Part shown: positions 10,591 through 21,900 of the stretch, one piece after another | Layout of the letters: the number at the start of each line of letters is the position of its first letter | Numbering within the stretch: the first letter of the stretch is position 1 | Origin: Hyphochytrium catenoides | Taxonomy: Eukaryota; Protista; Hyphochytriomycota | Direction: 5' to 3' | Assembly: GCA_900088475.1 (NCBI GenBank) | Contig: FLMG01000591.1 | Coordinates: 1 to 38,909, forward strand | DNA: 38,909 nt | Position numbers and translations under genes: made by a program | Notes under the pieces: model-generated | The model's database searches: none | What the model saw: only the letters and a program-made list of their open reading frames with translations | What the model was told of the DNA's origin: nothing

Positions 10591-12591
10591 GGGGAATGGT
10601 GTTGAAGGAGAGGCTTGGTGACCGATATAGCTCCCGGCGATAACGGACGGCATCGGCAAACCCACATAGGATGAAGTTCTCCTTCACCCACACGTCTATC
10701 CAACAGAATAACTCTATGCAAACCCAAGCAAGTGGTGTGGCGCTCTCCAAACACAATTACTGTAGCGTCATTATGTAAGGAAAGACTTTGAGAACTGTTT
10801 TACAGTAGGCGCTGCCGAGCCATCGAAATATTCCCCTTCAAAGTTCCCAAGTAAGAGAAACCTTCGAGAGGGAAAAACCTTGGATTACCTGCCGTGAAAA
10901 AAACAAAGGAAGCATTGTTTCTTACCTTGGGTCACCTCTCTCTCACCTCTCTCTCACTCGTACAGCAGCAGTTGCTTCTTCCTATTTTTGGCTCCTTTGC
11001 CTCCCCTTCCTACTGCTGCTAGAGCACATCGAACCACCCTGGTCAATGGGTGATGGAGACGATAGTCATTATCAGTCATCAGTGACAGCAGGAAGTGAGT
11101 GATGGGCTCGTTCACTGGCAAACTGCTGCTACTACGTGGCGACGCCTTCCTTTCTTTTCCTTACTGCGGGATACTGCGGCCCTAAGCAAGATGAGAAGAG
11201 GATAGGCTTAGAGTATTCTTCACTGTGTAAGGGGAAAGGGGCCTACTACTATCAGCAGGCCTATCTTGATCATCATTGTAAGCATCTTCTCTGTCTTCGC
11301 CTTCTTCAATCTTTTTTTGAGAGTTTGGACTCGACCTACCGCGAAGTTAGGAGGAGGACGGGGTAAAAGAAGCCAATGGTAATGCTATGGGACCATAAGA
11401 AAAGTCAAAGTCCAACTACCTACAGGACAAGCAACAAGAATTCAAACCCTACGAACGCTGCATTTTTCCTACTGTTACAACGGCTACGTAACCTTTGCAA
11501 CCAAGGACAGCCCTGACTGTTGACGGCGATCAGCCATCTGAACAAACCTAGGTAGATGCTGCCATCCTCACATCGATCATGGCAGTAGACCTTTCATTGA
11601 AGGTCTGTCAACAGAGATTGGATGATAGAGTAGGTAGACCAGACCATTGAAAGAGACAGCATGAAATTAGCTGCTCAATGTGAACATTCGTTCACATCTT
11701 CTCTTCCGAGTCGACCCCCCGAACCTAGCGTCATATTTCGGCGGACGTCATCAGTAGGTCCATATGAAGTTTTCCGTGCTAAAGGCCTAAACAACAGCAA
11801 TTTCGTACTGGCGAAGAAGCCCCGGGTGTGGTTGTGTTGCCCTCCTGCTACAGACATATAACCGGTACGTTTCGCTGCTGCGTGAGGTAGCGAGTTTGGT
11901 TGCCTCGAGTCATTAATAGTCACGTTGGAGGAGGTCCTACATCGCCAGCCAGCAGGTTCTAGGCCCTCCTCGATGATGTTTATTATAATGACGACATTAT
12001 AATAGGAGCCACCACCTGAAGAAAAAGTCCTACCAGGAAACTCTATCCTAGCCAGATGGCCTGCCGCTCTAGCCCCGCGTCGAGCATGAAATTCTGGAGA
12101 ACATGGTGCCTTACTCTATTCAACAAGTCTTATCATGGCTGTTATGATCCGTATTATTTAGGTAAGGCAGAGCCGCCTGATGGTGACCAATAACTCTACA
12201 GTCGACGAGGAGAAGAGCAGACCCTTCTGATGAATATATCGCGGTGAACCTCGCCACCATTACTGCTGTTCAAAGCTCTCTTTCTGCTAACGAACTCTCT
12301 ACGTTTACCAGCGCGCCGCGGAAGGGTGGTGTTCTTAGTTAGGTCTGCAGGGCAGCAGACAGCAGATGCCTCATTAGAAGCTTCCTTCGTCCTTCGACCC
12401 TCTAAGCAGTGAAAAGAGTGATGCTGAGAAGACAACCGCTTTCCTCCGTCGCCTATGTTCTATGTTCTAGTGCTGTGGTATAAACCATGTACGAGATGTC
12501 CGTAAGCGTGGGCTTTGCGTATTCCTCCCACTCTTTCGTGGTATAAACCATTTGGAATTGCTCAGCTACTGACATATTAAAAATTGGGGGA

Positions 12592-12599
12592 TTTCCCGC
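12592..12599 (+). promoter_or_regulatory. Candidate E2F site TTTCCCGC upstream of the CHK2-like gene
   Basis: Exact match to the canonical E2F motif, about 170 nt before the CT-rich leader. An 8-mer can occur by chance. Confidence 0.3.
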
Positions 12600-13535
12600 G
12601 TTTTGTATGGGCTATTCTAAATGTACAGGTTGCTATCCCGAATCTATGGACATATTGTGGAAGGATTCCGGTTCTGAACGTCATGATGGCTTCCTCTGCC
12701 CCTCATCCAACTCAAGGAAAAAGTGTCTTTATCGCATCTCTTACACTTCTTCACCATAATTCTCTATACCTCTGTCTCGATCAGTTGGCGCCATCTCTCA
12801 ACTCTCTCTCTCTCTCTCGATGAAGTCCCTTCCCTTGTCTTCTTTTCTTTCTCGACTCCTCTGTCTCTTCCCGGATGCGTTAGGATGCTGCTCTTTTCTC
12901 TTTCATGGTGCTTCTGGTTCGTTCCTCTTCTTCCCCTCAAACCTCTCTTGACCACGTCTCTCTTCTCTCTCTGTGTCTGTCTTCTCTTCTCTCGATTCGT
13001 TCTGTTGATCATCGCATCATCCATCCCTCGTCATCCCTCATCTCTCCCTCGTACGAGAGCTGTTAGCATTGCGGACTCAACAAGCAAGAGCCAAGCTCTG
13101 GTCTTCTTCAACACGTTTTGCCCTGGGCCGGAGAGCGTTGCCATAGAGACAGAGCCCAAGGTTTCCCCACTGAGAGTCAATAGAGATTCTGAGATCTCTG
13201 CTACCCCTGTGGGGGACGCTTTCCGTCTGGTCTTTCCGGATGCTGTAGACACTTGAGGCTAACCACGGGGAAAAGAGAAAAGAGCAGATGTTCTACCCAG
13301 TTGAAACAAGAGACTAATATCCTTGGCACAGGAACGGAGGAAACAGGGACATAGGAGGAAAAAACACCTCCTCTGGACATTATAAAGCTTATCCATCTGA
13401 CTCTTTCCTCTCCTTGCCAAAGTCAGCAAACTGATTGTTGGAGGAAAGAGCGGAAAGGGGGCCAAAGAGAGAGGGAAAGACAAAAAGAACTAGGAAAAGA
13501 GGGAACACCAGCTTGTGGCCCATAGGGTCCAAAAG

Positions 13536-16500
13536 ATGATAGCAGATCTAGAACTAGAAGGGTGCTGCAGCTGGGCCAGCCAGACGCAGGAAGCAACACA
13601 GGCTTTCTCGGATGGAGGAGCTTCAGATGGAGAAGAAGACTCCAACGTACCTCTGCAGCTGAGGGTAGGGCCGCGTCTGTTTTGCCGTCAAGTGTGGTTC
13701 TCTATTGTTCAACTTGTCCAGATCATTCTGCTCTCGTCTCTTCTCTCAGTCCTTCTTCAAGCTCTTTTCACTCGTATGGCACTATGCTTTTTGCCCTTGC
13801 AAACTGGCGTCCTCCATATTATTCCTCCACCGATCTTTGGGTTCTGCGGCAAACTCCGACTTCCCTTGGCCCTACAGAACCGTTGACGCTTGTGTCCAGC
13901 TTTACCCTCTTAGTATCGTCGTTCGGGCTACCTTTCTAAGGCCTTTGGTGCCTAGCGTTTAGATGACGCTGACTGAGCCTTTCCCTCTTTAATGCACCCG
14001 ATTTCGTCTTTAGGCATGGGGTCGACTTGTTCCTATGTTGAAGGGCTTAGAGCCGGTGGATCTAATGAATAACCAGCTCCAATACATCTTCGGGAGAGGA
14101 TCTAAGGTGGATGTCATTTTCAAGAACGTTCACATCAGTTCCATGCATTGCAAAATCTATGCTAGAGAAGAAGGGCCCGACATGAGGAGAGTGATGATTG
14201 AAGATCTAGGAAGTGCAAACGGAACTTTTCTTAACGGAGTGCAGCTGCAGAGAAACCAGCCTCAGGTGGGGCCCTACCTCTCTTACTAAACTATCAAGCG
14301 GGCAGCCCTCCTCTCTCTTACCTCCACTGTCGCCCGTAGTCGGACTGTTCTTTTGCTGTTTTAGGCCTCGCTCTCCTGGCTACCTTCTCCCTTCTGTCGG
14401 TTGCTTCTATAGGTCCCCTCCCATGCTGATATCCCTAACTATGCGCTTCTCTTTCCAGGAACTCTTGTCCGGAGACATTGTCTCGTTTCTTAAAGCATAC
14501 AGTGGAGAAAGAAAGGAGAGGAGGAGAGGAGACGGTCCTCACTCTCTGAAGGAGAAGCCGAAGTCTGTTCCTGCTTATTTATTTACCCAGTTCACCTCGA
14601 GAAAAGGGATGAACGGACAGGCAGATGTCAACGGTGTGGAGAGTGAATACGATATCATGGAAGTACTTGGGGCTGGGACCTTTGCACAGGTGAGACAAAG
14701 GGAATTGGGTGTCCATAGCACATTAGTAAGTCCGGTATGCTGATGCCGAAGGGCAAGAGAGCGGTAACGGCGGAGAAGAAAGAGAGCGAGTTCAATAGAA
14801 AAAGAGATCTGGTAGGCATGCTAACGTTCCTTTCGTCCTTTACAGGTGTGCCGAGCTATACACCGACCCACAGGACAGGAGTATGCTGTTAAGATTATCA
14901 AGAGAAACCAGTTCTCACTCCTTCCGAACTACTCTGAGAACGATGTCCTGCACGAGATAGAGATGCTTCGAAAGCTGGACCATCCCAACATTATCAAGCT
15001 AAGGAACTTTTTCAAGACAGACCAGGCTATATACATTGTAAGGCCAAAATGGAGGAAACTCCTCCTTTCAAACTAAGAAGTAGTAGACTGGTTTTGCCAT
15101 ATGACCATGAGGAGGAGGAGGAGGCAATCCAGTATGGAAGGCTTACGCCGCAAGCTGCCTTTGCTCTTTGAATGTATCTTAAGCTCTACTCTATTTCTTG
15201 ACCATGGGCTATTCCCTTTACTCCTCTGTCCGTTCCCTCTGGTCCTGTTACGACTTGTCTTTTCTCTAACATGTTCTTGATATAAATCAATCTTGATAGG
15301 TTACAGACCTGATGCGTGGTGGAGAGCTGTTCGATCGCATAGTGGACGGAGGGGCGTACAAGGAGAGCTCAGCGAAGAAGCTAGTCGTCAGGATCTTGGA
15401 AGGTAGACTCTTCTTTAAGCTGCGTTAGGATTCTGTCCAGCCCTGGTGTTAGAACTCTCTCTTTCGGTGCATGCGATATCCGCTTCTAAGCTACTGAACC
15501 CTAGGAGTTGCCTACCTTCACGCTCAAGGAGTGGCCCATCGTGATTTAAAGCCTGAGAACATTCTCTTTCCATCCAAGAATGACGACACGTTTCCCAAGA
15601 TAGCAGACTTTGGCATAGCGAAAGAAGGTAGACCTTCGGCTTCCTCTACTAAACTCTACTCGCTCAAGTTGCCCTCGCTCCATATTTTGGCTGTTACTGC
15701 TCTCCCGTTAACTATTCTTTTATCGTCGTGACTCTGCTGACCTTATTCGCTCTTCGCGGGCTTTCTTCTTTCGTAAGCCAACACATTCAAGACCTTCTGC
15801 GGCAGTCCTATGTACTTTGCCCCAGAAGTTCTACGCCGGAAAGACACAGTTCATGAGAGGGGGTCCTACAGCGTCAGTGCAGACATGTGGTCTTTAGGTG
15901 TGATATGTACTCTTCCCTTCGTCTCTCTCCGCGTTTATCTATGCCTCCTGTCAAGCCCTGTCTCAATTCTCTTGCACGGCAGCACTGGGTGGGCTCGTTC
16001 GTGCTATCTATCCTATCTGCCTCGTAGTGCTCAGAAAGTAGGAACTGAATACTCCATGTGCCTTGCCAAATTCTTACTCATTTTCCCTCTGACCCGTATG
16101 GCATCAAGCCCTTTTACTTCTACCTTTTCTGCCTGCAATTGCTGGCTGTCTTTTCTGACTTCTGCTGTACAGGAGTGATAGTCTATATCATCCTTAGCGG
16201 TAGACCGCCCTTTGAGGATGCCTACTTTGATGAAGCAAGCGGAGGGACACGGTACTCCTTTGGTTACCCCGAGTGGGATCATATCTCTGAGCAAGGTGAG
16301 GCTGTTTGTGCTTGGCAGAGCCATCATCGAAGCTGTGCCGTGTACGAGGGAACGCGTCATAGCAGGATCTTCGTCCTCGATAAGGACTGTGGGTGCGATT
16401 ATGGCAAAATTTTATTGCAGGATCCATTGTATAGCAGACGTCGATGTGGCAGCTATCTCACACGGTCCTCCGCATCATCTGGCCCTCGATCCTTTTATCT

Positions 16501-16922
16501 CATTTCTTGCGTTTGTAATAGCCAAGGACTTCATCAGACAGCTCCTGGTATTGGATCCCAAGGGAAGGATGACTGCTAAGCAGTCTCTTCAGCATCCCTG
16601 GCTGAGAGAAACTGTTGAAAAGCTCACGAGAGAAGGCGGCCAGCCTCCTCGTCCTCAACCAGTTGCTCTCGTCTCTGCGCTGGAGCCGTCTCCTAGTGTG
16701 GAGAAAATGGCAACTCTCAGCAGAGATCTTCTCTCTTCATCTATTGCCTGCAGAAGCGACGGTGCTCCAACCCCTAAGGCTGCAGAGGGAGGAGGTGCGG
16801 GCAAGAGATCTCGAAACCAAAGCTCTGCAGAAAGCACTGGAACGGCTACGCGCTCCAGTACCGCAAATAGTGAAGGCGAGACTGAGGAGCCGAGCTGTAA
16901 GCGCCAAAATAGCAATCGGTAA
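13536..16922 (+). CDS. CHK2: CHK2/Cds1-like FHA-domain Ser/Thr kinase; exons 13536-13664, 14014-14265, 14459-14689, 14846-15037, 15300-15403, 15505-15627, 15778-15897, 16173-16295, 16522-16922
   Basis: N-terminal SQTQEATQ cluster and FHA motifs ([27 protein letters not shown]). Kinase motifs are [67 protein letters not shown] and [13 protein letters not shown]. All introns are GT-AG and in phase. Confidence 0.9.
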
Positions 16923-17082
16923 GCAGTAATCTTCTTGTTGTTGCTCTCCGTGTCTTTGCCTCTTTCTGGCCTCTCCTTTTGACAGCATGCCCCTTCAGTC
17001 CGTAGAAGCCATTGTCGAAGCCTGTTTGACGCTTTACATCAGTAGGGAGCTCTAAAATCTGTCAAGTCTACGGAGCCAGGTA

Positions 17083-17189
17083 GCAGACAACCAAATGCTA
17101 AGGAAATGGCAGACAACCAAATGCCAAGGAAATGGAAGACAACCAAATGCCAAGGAACTGGCAGACAACCAATGCCAAGGAAATGGCAG
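17083..17189 (+). repeat. Minisatellite, about 4 copies of a 26-bp unit GCAGACAACCAAATGCCAAGGAAATG
   Basis: Head-to-tail copies with few differences and no spacers. Confidence 0.95.
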
Positions 17190-17511
17190 TATAGGGTGAC
17201 AGTTCAAGCAGGCTAAAGATCAGTCCCTTCCTTCTGTCGTCTGAACTCTATTTGAGGATTATTTATGGACAGAGAACCCCTCAACGGGGACCTGGCGCTT
17301 CTCAATGGAGTCCTTGTTGAGTGTAACAGCGCATGACTAAACCCGACGTTTATCTGTGTGCTGATGCAGATAACTAGTTATGATGTTGAGTTCTCTCACT
17401 AGCATTGGAGAGTGCTACTAATAAAGTCTGATCTTTTTTAAGAAGAGAGCTCTAAAGACGCGTGTTGCCACAAGCAATTCGTTCTTGCATCGCCACAGTA
17501 AAAGTGTGGGG

Positions 17512-17723
17512 TTTGAGCGGTAGGAATAATACTGGATCTCTGCCTTAGGCAGCTCCCGTGTAAAACATATTCTTCGTGTGATAGTCCACAGCTCATCTGA
17601 AGAGTGACCTATGACTGTTTTGAGCGGTAGGAATAATACTGGATCTGCCTTAGACAGCTCCTGTGTAAAACATATTCTTCGTGTGATAGTCCACAGCTCA
17701 TTCGAAGAGTGACCTATGACTGT
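17512..17723 (+). repeat. Tandem duplication, 2 copies of about 106 bp
   Basis: TTTGAGCGGTAGGAATAATACTGGATC...GTGACCTATGACTGT starts at 17512 and at 17619, with a few substitutions and a 2-nt indel. Confidence 0.95.
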
Positions 17724-18930
17724 CGATAATGGTGATAGCAATGGCGAGAACTTCAGAAGAGTTACTGAGTTATTGTGCTATTCTCTGTAAGTTGAAGACT
17801 CTCCAGATCCTTTATTGAAGACGAGCTGCTGCTTTTGAATTGTAGAGCTTCTCATCAACTGCGGGGAAAAAACTATTACTCTCTGAAGCGTCAAGATCAG
17901 GCTTATAGTGATCATTGTCAAACGCTTCCTGAGATCTGATTCTTTTGTACAGTGTCGCTTGGAGCGGAAGAAACCACCTTACACAAGGAGTGATCACTTC
18001 AATGGCTCTATTCGGTATAAAAGAAGCAAGATAAGCCTCTTTAGAGAATAAACAGTAGAGGAATGGCCTCTATCATAAATAATGTATGAACGGGCTGTTT
18101 GATGATGGCATCATGCTGCTTCTTGGGTTGAGCTTCCTGCTTGAAGCTTCGTCCCTAAAGTGAGAACAGCGCAGCAGCCTGTGTGCACCCTGGAGCTAGG
18201 TCCTAGCTGCAAGTGCAGTCCGAAAGGGAAGGGAAGATGGAAGAGAGACAGCGGCTTTATGGCTAAGTAAGGTGATGAAGAACCCGATGGTAGTGGGACT
18301 GCGGAGAAGAGTCTAAGCGAAGAAGGATCACTTTTATCCGCGACAAGTCCTTCCACACGGGTGCGGACGAGACAAGCTGCCGGATCCTGACGGCTTGCGG
18401 GAGGTAGTGTCGCACACTGGGAGGGATACTCTGGCTGACAGTTGGCTGTCAGTTAGACCCTCCTTCCGCCTTGAAGCATTGCGTTTAGTAGCGATATGGC
18501 GATCCACCACTAGCTACTGGTCACTGGGAGGCATCAACCCCTCCGTTGCTCGAATCGTCCGGGGCAAGCCTCTCGTTATTTTGCAAACAAGAAGAGTAAG
18601 GCGGGACAACCTTCTTTCATTGGCAGGATCTATTCCACTTATGCTTCCCCATCGCAGGCTATCAGCGATATCTGGTTTTCCCCTATCTTCTTCGCCTACC
18701 TGGTTCTTTGGTAGAAGCCAGTCGTCTCTCCTCTTGCATGTTTCTTCCCAGTTTTCTTGGTCCTCGTCCCTTCTAGACACTCGCCTCGTGCCTCGTTCCG
18801 CTCTACTCTGGCTGCTGGTTTCACCCTTCTCTCTGTCTCTTGTTGTCGACATCCACTTCAGCGCTCACCAACAATGGCTCTCTCCTCTGTCAACCTTCTT
18901 CCGCGTGATAGTAGCAGCTAGCAAGGGGTC

Positions 18931-21900
18931 ATGTCGTCGTCTCGTCCTTGGGCGTTTGACTCCATATACGGCTCCCTAGATGGGCCCGACTATGAGCACA
19001 AGTACTCGATGATCTCAAGAGATCTGCAGAGCTCTCTTAGACTTGAAAATCATATTGAGAAGCTTCGCGAGATGATAACCTTTATCCGGTCGGACGTGGA
19101 ACAGGCTCTGCAATCTCCCCATCTGCAGTACTTCCTGGAGGTAGCTCTGCCGTTCTTTGTGAAGACGCTCTTGTCCAGAGGCAGTGACTACGAGGGAGAT
19201 GAAGTTATCAAAGTTAATGCGCTCTTTAAGGTATGGCGGCCTATGCGACTTCGGGAGGAAGGGCTTCCAAGTGAAGCCTTAGCGATAGAGGATAGTAACA
19301 CTAGGAGGGGACGAAAAGAAGACAATACTGTCGAAGCAGCCGTAGTTATTTATGAGTAGCGCCAGCAGCGTGGACAAGAGAAAAAAGAGAGGGAGGCAGG
19401 AGCCTTGGAGGAGGATGGGTTGACCTTTGCTTGCCCGAGAGCTGCCTTCCTCAGAATGGTCGAAAAATTATGTTCTAACTCGATCCCTCCCTAGGATGTG
19501 CTGGAGCTTACTACCTTAGCCCTCCCTTATTGCATCGATGGAATGCTCCAGACCCTGATCCGCCTTTTTGAACAGCATAGGAAGTTCTACGAGGACACTA
19601 AGAGAGAAGATGTGGATGGTAGGACCCTACGCTCATTGCCGACTCAATCTCTTCATCCTCCCTCATCCCTCTTGCATAGAAGAGGTGCCACGGCAAGACC
19701 AGGAGGCAGATGCTGCAGTCAACAAGTTTCTTTATTGCACAAGGGATCACAAAGCGGCCTCTCCCTTTTTGGTGGGAAGTTGAAAGACGCACTCGCTATA
19801 GAATTCGATCCCCTTGCTTCATCAATTCTAAGCGCTTTCATTTTTGTCTCTTTTTCTAAAATAAAACTTATACCCACCTTTCCGGCCTTCTGTGGCGTGG
19901 GCTTTTGAGGTCCGTCAGGATCAGTGTGCTTCGTTCCTTACCAAGGTTTTTTGCTGCTCTTAACACCCGGTGCTTCGTGACAATTGCGTCGTGCGATCGT
20001 ATTGCCCGTTTACCTCCTGCTGTCAATGCTTATAAACTAAACAATACCTTGCCGTGTCTACTCTGTCTTAACGCTTAGATTGAGAACATTGACCACTTCG
20101 GGTTAAAAAGTGGCTTCGAGGTTGTCCTGCGCTGCTTGGAGAAGGTGGTGGATGATCCTGAAGAAACGGGTTGGGATAATGGCTCCATCGATGTTATAAT
20201 AGCTCTTGTGGACGTTATTGCGGAGGTTCGAGAGTATCTCTCTCAAGGGACATTGGTTGAGATTGTCCCGAGACTGTACGCCCTGCTGAATGCCTTCTTT
20301 AGCGGTAAGGTCCAGCCCTCAAGTTCTTATATGAAACCCAACCTTGCTCCTATATGAACTTTCGTAGGTCATTTCCCCTTCATATTGCGTACTTCTTGCG
20401 GGTGATACCTTCCTCTGTATGCTCTACATAAGGCAATATACCCTTGCGAAGTAATCGTGCTTCTAACCTCTGTCTTACGCTCACCCAACCATACGGTAGA
20501 TCTCCCTGAAAGTTTAGTTCGCGGTATATCCAAGTCTCAAGTGCTACAGGCGATAGCGTTGCTGAAAGACTTATTGCTAAAGGTGGAGGAAGAAGATGAC
20601 GTCGTGCAGCACGTTGGACGCATTCGGATGAATGTAAGTCGGGAACGGATCAGGGTCCATCGCCAATAAAGTATTATGGTCCATCGCCAATAGTGTCGCT
20701 AATTGAGGGGCCGGAGAGGGACGAAGGAAAGGATCTAGGGAGTGGCTAAATAAAACGAAACGGGCGATAGTATGAATGACTTCCCGGCCCAACATTAGTT
20801 TCTTTCTAACCTCAGCCATGCGTCCGGCCTTACGGTCGTTGGGGCTAACTTGTGCTGACCTCCTTTATCTCCCCTCCATGCTCTTATCTACATTAATTCC
20901 AGGTTGGAGTCAAGTATTTGAAGTCCACGTCTCTTGAGAGGAGGATTGCCGGGTTAACTGACATAGTCGATGCTGTTAACAAGTCACTTCGGTCTTCTTC
21001 CACCTCGTATGCTTCAGGAGACTACGGCTATGGTAAGTAGCTCACTTAGAGAGGGATTTTGGAGTGCAATTGCGAAGAGAGACGGAGATAAACTGCGGAT
21101 CGGCGCAAGAAAGAAAGTCCTCGCCTGTCTAAGCAAGGCTATGGTTTCTCGTAGGGGCTAACGCCGGAGAGTGGGAAACCCTGCCGTCAGATGTCCTGGT
21201 ATCCTGGATAGACTCCAGCAAGGTAACGAGGATGGCCAAGATTATGTAGAAATCTTACATGCATTTCCTCTTGTTTAGAGCTTCGTCGCCTTTCGACAAC
21301 TGCGCTACATCCTGATCCGCAAACACAGTTTATCACCCTCACATCGTTCACTGACTTCACGTCTTTAACATAATGGCCCAAAATGCATTATCAGGTTCTG
21401 GAAGAACTCTTAGGCCCAAATCTGCACCCGGAGCTGGTTAAGCGCTCCTCTCCTCTTTTACATTTTCTCTCGCACTGCAAGGCATTGAGGCCTCAGCATT
21501 TAGACCTGATGTGGGCCGCCGCCAATGGGGATGGCAAGCACGAGGTCGTGGTTACAGCATTGTACCAATGCATACTAGAGGTAAGGATATAGTTCATGAG
21601 ATCGGTTGACCTTCCTGTTGACTGCCAGTGTGCGAGCCCTGGATCTTTGACCATTCTCTTCTCACTCCTAAGCTTGGGCTAATTTCTTTGTGCTAATGTT
21701 GTTATGTCTTAAACGGTTGCGTTCAAAGCTGTTTCATTTGATGGATGTGCATTACCATGTTGTCCCTGACAGTTAGTAGTAGCTTTTATCACTCTCCCAG
21801 TTCCTCTGTACTGTTAACACTGGCGCAACCTTGGTTACCCTTCTAGGTGACTCCACGCATGCAATTGGAGACTCTTGGACATTTCATTTCCCTTCTTACG

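Noticed and set aside
10209-10756. Three long minus-strand ORFs upstream of PACRG
   Set aside because: They come from a low-complexity repeat and span an N gap.
11455-11515. LLQRLRNLCN peptide resembling a SNF2 helicase motif
   Set aside because: Short, stop-bounded, and no other helicase motifs nearby.
17083-17189. Possible CRISPR array
   Set aside because: Repeats are contiguous with no unique spacers, no cas genes are present, and the context is eukaryotic.
18395-18979. 194-aa ORF upstream of the USP start
   Set aside because: Non-ATG start, pyrimidine-driven composition and no recognisable motif; more likely 5' leader.
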